Positions 60,005-64,000 of a stretch of DNA of 64,000 bases are shown piece after piece. The number at the start of each line of letters is the position of its first letter. Within the stretch, counting starts at the first letter, position 1. The notes below the pieces were generated by a model. The model was not told the origin of the DNA and did no database searches. It was given only the letters and a program-made list of their open reading frames with translations. Location: positions 21,328,001 through 21,392,000 of the forward strand of contig OZ024748.1 of NCBI GenBank assembly GCA_964016885.1, given 5' to 3'. The stretch is from Eledone cirrhosa (taxonomy: Eukaryota). The position numbers and the translations under genes are program-made.

Positions 60005-60884
60005 TAAAGACATAAAACCCCTTATAATAAGGGGCAATAGTCACAAACCCTATCCACTTAACCATTGCTTGTTTTTTTTATTTGTATAACAAAAACTAAT
60101 GAATGAAAAAGATATGAGAAAATATCACTCTCTCTCACACTCGCTCTCGTTCTCTCTCACACTCACACACACTCTCTCTCTCTCTCTCACATTCTCTATC
60201 TCACTTTAACTCTCACACACTCTCTTACTTTCACTATCTCACTATCACTCTCTCATTCCCTTTCTCACACTTTCACTCACTCTCTCTCACTCTCTCTCTC
60301 TCTAACACTCGCCCTCGCTCTCTCTCACACACACACACACACACTCTCTCTCACTCTCACACACTCTCCCTTTCTCTCACACACTCTCTTACTTTCACTA
60401 TCTCACTATCACTCTCTCATTCCCTTTCTCACACACTCTCTCTCTCTCTCTCAAAGATTAACTCCCATTCTTATACAATCCAACATCTGTTAATCTACTG
60501 AGAATTGCTCTGTTGCTATTCTCAGACTAACATTAAAAAGATGCTGCCATTTCTAATCCACTGTTGGCTGTTCACCTATTTTAAGACTATTTCACCTTCT
60601 TCTTCACCTTCTTCTTCACCTTCTCCTTCTTCTTTTTCTTTTTCTGTCTTTTTCTTCTTCTCCTTTACATACACACACACACATCATCCTCACACAAAAA
60701 CACATACACACCATTCACACTCACACATACACACATGTATTAGTGTTTTATATTTGCTTTGAGATTATCAATGACAGTTGTTGTTGTTGCTATTGCTGTT
60801 GTTGTTGCTATTGCTGTTGTTGTCGTGGTGGTGGTGGTGGTGGTCATTCTCAATTTTTTTTATCTTTGTTGATCTGGTTATTCA

Positions 60885-60935
<51 letters not shown>

Positions 60936-61101
60936 GTGTGTGTATGTATGTATATATACGTGTGTGTGTGTATATATATTTGTGTGTGTGTGTTTTATAT
61001 ATATTTATGTGTGTATATATATTTGTGTGTGTGTATATATTTATGTGTATGTGTATATATTTGTGTGTGTGTGTATATATTTGTGTGTGTGTGTGTATAT
61101 A

Positions 61102-61176
<75 letters not shown>

Positions 61177-61394
61177 ATGTGTATATATTTATGTGTGTGT
61201 GTGTATATTTATGTGTGTGTGTGTGTGTATGTGTATATATTTATATGTCTGTGTATATAGATATTTATGTGTGTGTGTGTGTGTGTGTACATATGCAGAC
61301 ATACATCCCTACACAAACTCGCATATAAGTATATATATATATATATATATATACGATATTAAACAAATGGAAACTATATTTATAAAACCATATT

Positions 61395-61460
61395 TATTTC
61401 ATTGTACTTATTTCAGGGATACCATATTAAAAATATGGCATGCCTTCGTCAGATAAAATA
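61395..61460 (-). ncRNA. Hammerhead family A copy, probably inactive
   Basis: CTGACGA-AGGCATGCCATATT ttt AATATGGTATCCCT-GAAA-TAAGTA-CA-ATGAAATA; conserved U of the cleavage triplet replaced by C. Confidence 0.65.
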
Positions 61461-61499
61461 CAATATATAAACAGTTTTATAAATAATTTTGACGTACCG

Positions 61500-61682
61500 T
61501 GAATTGGCAGTATCAGTAGAGGGTCGGACGCCATGCTTTCCAGCATAGTTACGTCCCTTTACGATCTGAGTTCAAATCCCGCCGGGGTTGACTTTGCCTT
61601 TCATCCTTACGGGGTCGATAAAATAAAGTACCAGTAATGAACTGGGTAATTGCTGGCCTTGTGCCTAAAGTAGAAACAATTA
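61500..61682 (+). mobile_element. tRNA-derived SINE family 1
   Basis: GAGTTCAAATCCC B box; interrupts the hammerhead family A island. Confidence 0.85.
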
Positions 61683-61886
61683 TATTAGGAAGCTGTCTGG
61701 ATATTGATTTGTTTATAATTATTTAGTTATAGTGTTAAGCACAGTTAGAAAAAAGACGGAGAGAAAGAAGAAACGGAGGTAACGAAAAAACAGAGAGAGA
61801 GAGGGGAGAGGAAGAAATTGTCGAGTGCTTTATATCAGTTATAAAATATTTACCTGTTGTAACCCAACAATTTTAAATAAAACCTT

Positions 61887-61939
<53 letters not shown>

Positions 61940-62498
61940 TTCTTGCCTTGAGGGGTTTCCTCTTTCATCCATGACAGTAAACAGAAGTGATAAATGCTGG
62001 CCAGACACCACCCAGTCACGTGGCCTAGTGGTTAGGGTGTTGACGTTATGATCATAAGGTCATGGGTTCAAATTCTTCATTGGGTTGCACATTGTATTCT
62101 TGAGCAAGACACTCCATTTCATGTTGCTTTTCATGAAAACATCCAATAAACCTCTCATAGGATATAAGCTCTATGGAGGTTAGCTGTAAGATTCATTTTA
62201 CCAACTCCTCTTGCAATTTGAAGTTCATTTCCCACAAAAGCAACAACAGTAACAACAAAAATATATGATATAGTAACAAATATCTAATTGCTAGAACAGA
62301 CTTTCTCAGCTGATAGCATTTTACATTAAAAAATATAAAATGGAATTGATTGGACATTTTTTTCTTAAGACCACATTTGCCATTGGCTTCTCTTGAATCA
62401 CAAAAATAAATTACAGAAGCTTTATCGTCTTAGAGTATCTTTGTGAAAAACATATATTTCACAATTTATTGATGATCTAGCTAGATAAAGCTGTTGAG

Positions 62499-62945
62499 TT
62501 TAACCCACTCATTATTATATTTCTAATGAAAGACACAGTCTATGCCATTAACATATTCATTACCATATTTCTAATGAAAGACACTGCCTATATATCATTA
62601 ATATATTTCTAATGAAAGACACTGTGTCATTAACATATTCATTACTATATTTCTAATGAAAGACACTGCCTATATATCCTTAACAAATTTCTAATGGAAG
62701 ACACAGTCTGTCATTAACATATTCATTCCCATATATATCATTAACATATATTACTAATAAAAGACACTGTCTTTAACCCTTTCATCACCATATTTCTAAC
62801 GAAAAATACGGTCCATGTCATAACCCTTCCATTACCATATTTCTAATGAATGACACTACCTATATATCATTAACATATTTCTATTGAAAGATGCTGCCTA
62901 TGTTATTAACCCTTTCATTACGATATTTCGAATAAAAGACACTTG
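62499..62945. repeat. Degenerate tandem repeat of about 35-50 bp derived from a TTAACCC MITE end
   Basis: CATATTTCTAATGAAAGACAC recurs about 9 times; similar to 38427-38520. Confidence 0.7.
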
Positions 62946-63136
62946 TCGGAGTTTCAAATCATTTTGAAAATATTCAGGATTATGAGGTTCATAAAAAATG
63001 TTGGAAGACCTAGACACAGAAACTAGCTTTAAATGCAGCTTAGAAAATCGGGTAAATACCCCTTAAAGATGGAAAAAATGTGCTGGCTACTTTTTCTAAT
63101 TTTCTAAGCAGTTATTTTCTTCATCTGACTTTCCTA

Positions 63137-63748
63137 CATCATCACCGTTTTACGTCCGTTCTTCCACGCTAGCATGGGTTAGATGGGTTGTCCTGTTGTG
63201 GGCAGTGTCTGGTCGGCTGACCATGCCTTGCTCATACAGGAACTGATCTGGCTTGATTTCTACAGCTGGATGCCCTTCCTAACACCAACCTCATTTACAG
63301 TGAGTGCTGGGTGCTTTTTCGTGGCGCCTACACGTCCACTTTACAGTGTGGGCTGGGTGCTTTTTTGCCGTGGCACCTCCACGACCACCTTGCGGTGGGG
63401 GGGGGGGCATATTGTTTATATGCTTCAGCATGTACCCATGGGAGGTCGGGTACCCTGTATTACTGCGTGACGCCAGAAGTCACGGTCGTGTGTCATTGAC
63501 TTTGAGAGGTGTAGTTGGGTAAGGTCGGCTTTTATCACCTCATCCCAAGTCATCTTGGGTCTCCCCACTCCGCGGTTTCCATCAACTTCTAGTGCTCTGC
63601 ACCTTTTTATGCAGCTGTCATCCTTCATACGCATCACATGTCCATACCAGCGTAACCGCCTCTCCTGCACGCAGCATTTGATTCCTCTTATGCTCAGTCT
63701 CTCTCTCAATTCCTTTATGCTTTGTCGTTCACGTATATTACTGTTACA
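63137..63748 (-). mobile_element. RTE LINE 3' fragment (GAT-tail family)
   Basis: QERRLRWYGHVMRMKDD..GRPKMTWDEVI. Confidence 0.88.
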
Positions 63749-63809
63749 ATATATATATAAATATATATATATAGAGAGAGAAGTAGTTTCACCTCAGCTA
63801 GATCATCAT

Positions 63810-63849
63810 CGAGCTGATGATCCATTTGAGGTGAAATAAGTTGTTCTCG
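63810..63849 (+). ncRNA. Minimal hammerhead motif, family D
   Basis: CGAG-CTGATGA-TCC atttga GGT-GAAA-TAAGTTG-TT-CTCG; downstream AATGG..TACTAACTGTTGTGGAA shared with the 29372-29461 copy. Confidence 0.6.
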
Positions 63850-64000
63850 CAAATGGTGTACTAACTGTTGTGGAACTACTTTTACCAAACTTGTCCCATG
63901 GGCTGAGTGCTCTACAACTACGAATATAACACACCAGTGTTCTTCCCTCCCCCCCCCCTCTCTCTCTCTTATTTATATATATATTCGTCATCATCATCAT

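Noticed and set aside
58958-60007. 349-aa T/H/P/N repeat ORF
   Set aside because: 20/21-bp minisatellite with frame-shifting units

Overview
Very AT-rich, repeat-saturated animal DNA. The (TA)n/(CA)n/(TACA)n density and the tRNA-SINE and RTE-LINE families suggest a coleoid cephalopod (octopus-like); this is an inference. Almost all ORFs in the track are microsatellite artefacts. The one convincing host gene piece is a 213-bp first coding exon (35486-35698, +) for a type II membrane protein resembling peptide O-xylosyltransferase (XYLT/oxt); I found no second exon downstream. The rest is mobile DNA: RTE-group LINE 3' fragments, an R4/Dong-like LINE inside a (TACA)n tract, two tandem non-autonomous Helitrons, MITEs with clear target-site duplications (TSDs), SINEs and large minisatellites. 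The most striking hidden layer is a set of short non-coding islands in or beside (TA)n tracts. They carry minimal type-I hammerhead ribozymes from about six unrelated sequence families and/or near-perfect fold-back palindromes. One 329-bp hairpin has a hammerhead on each strand. These look like Penelope-like (PLE) termini or retrozyme-type elements. All structures were folded by eye; no searches were run.
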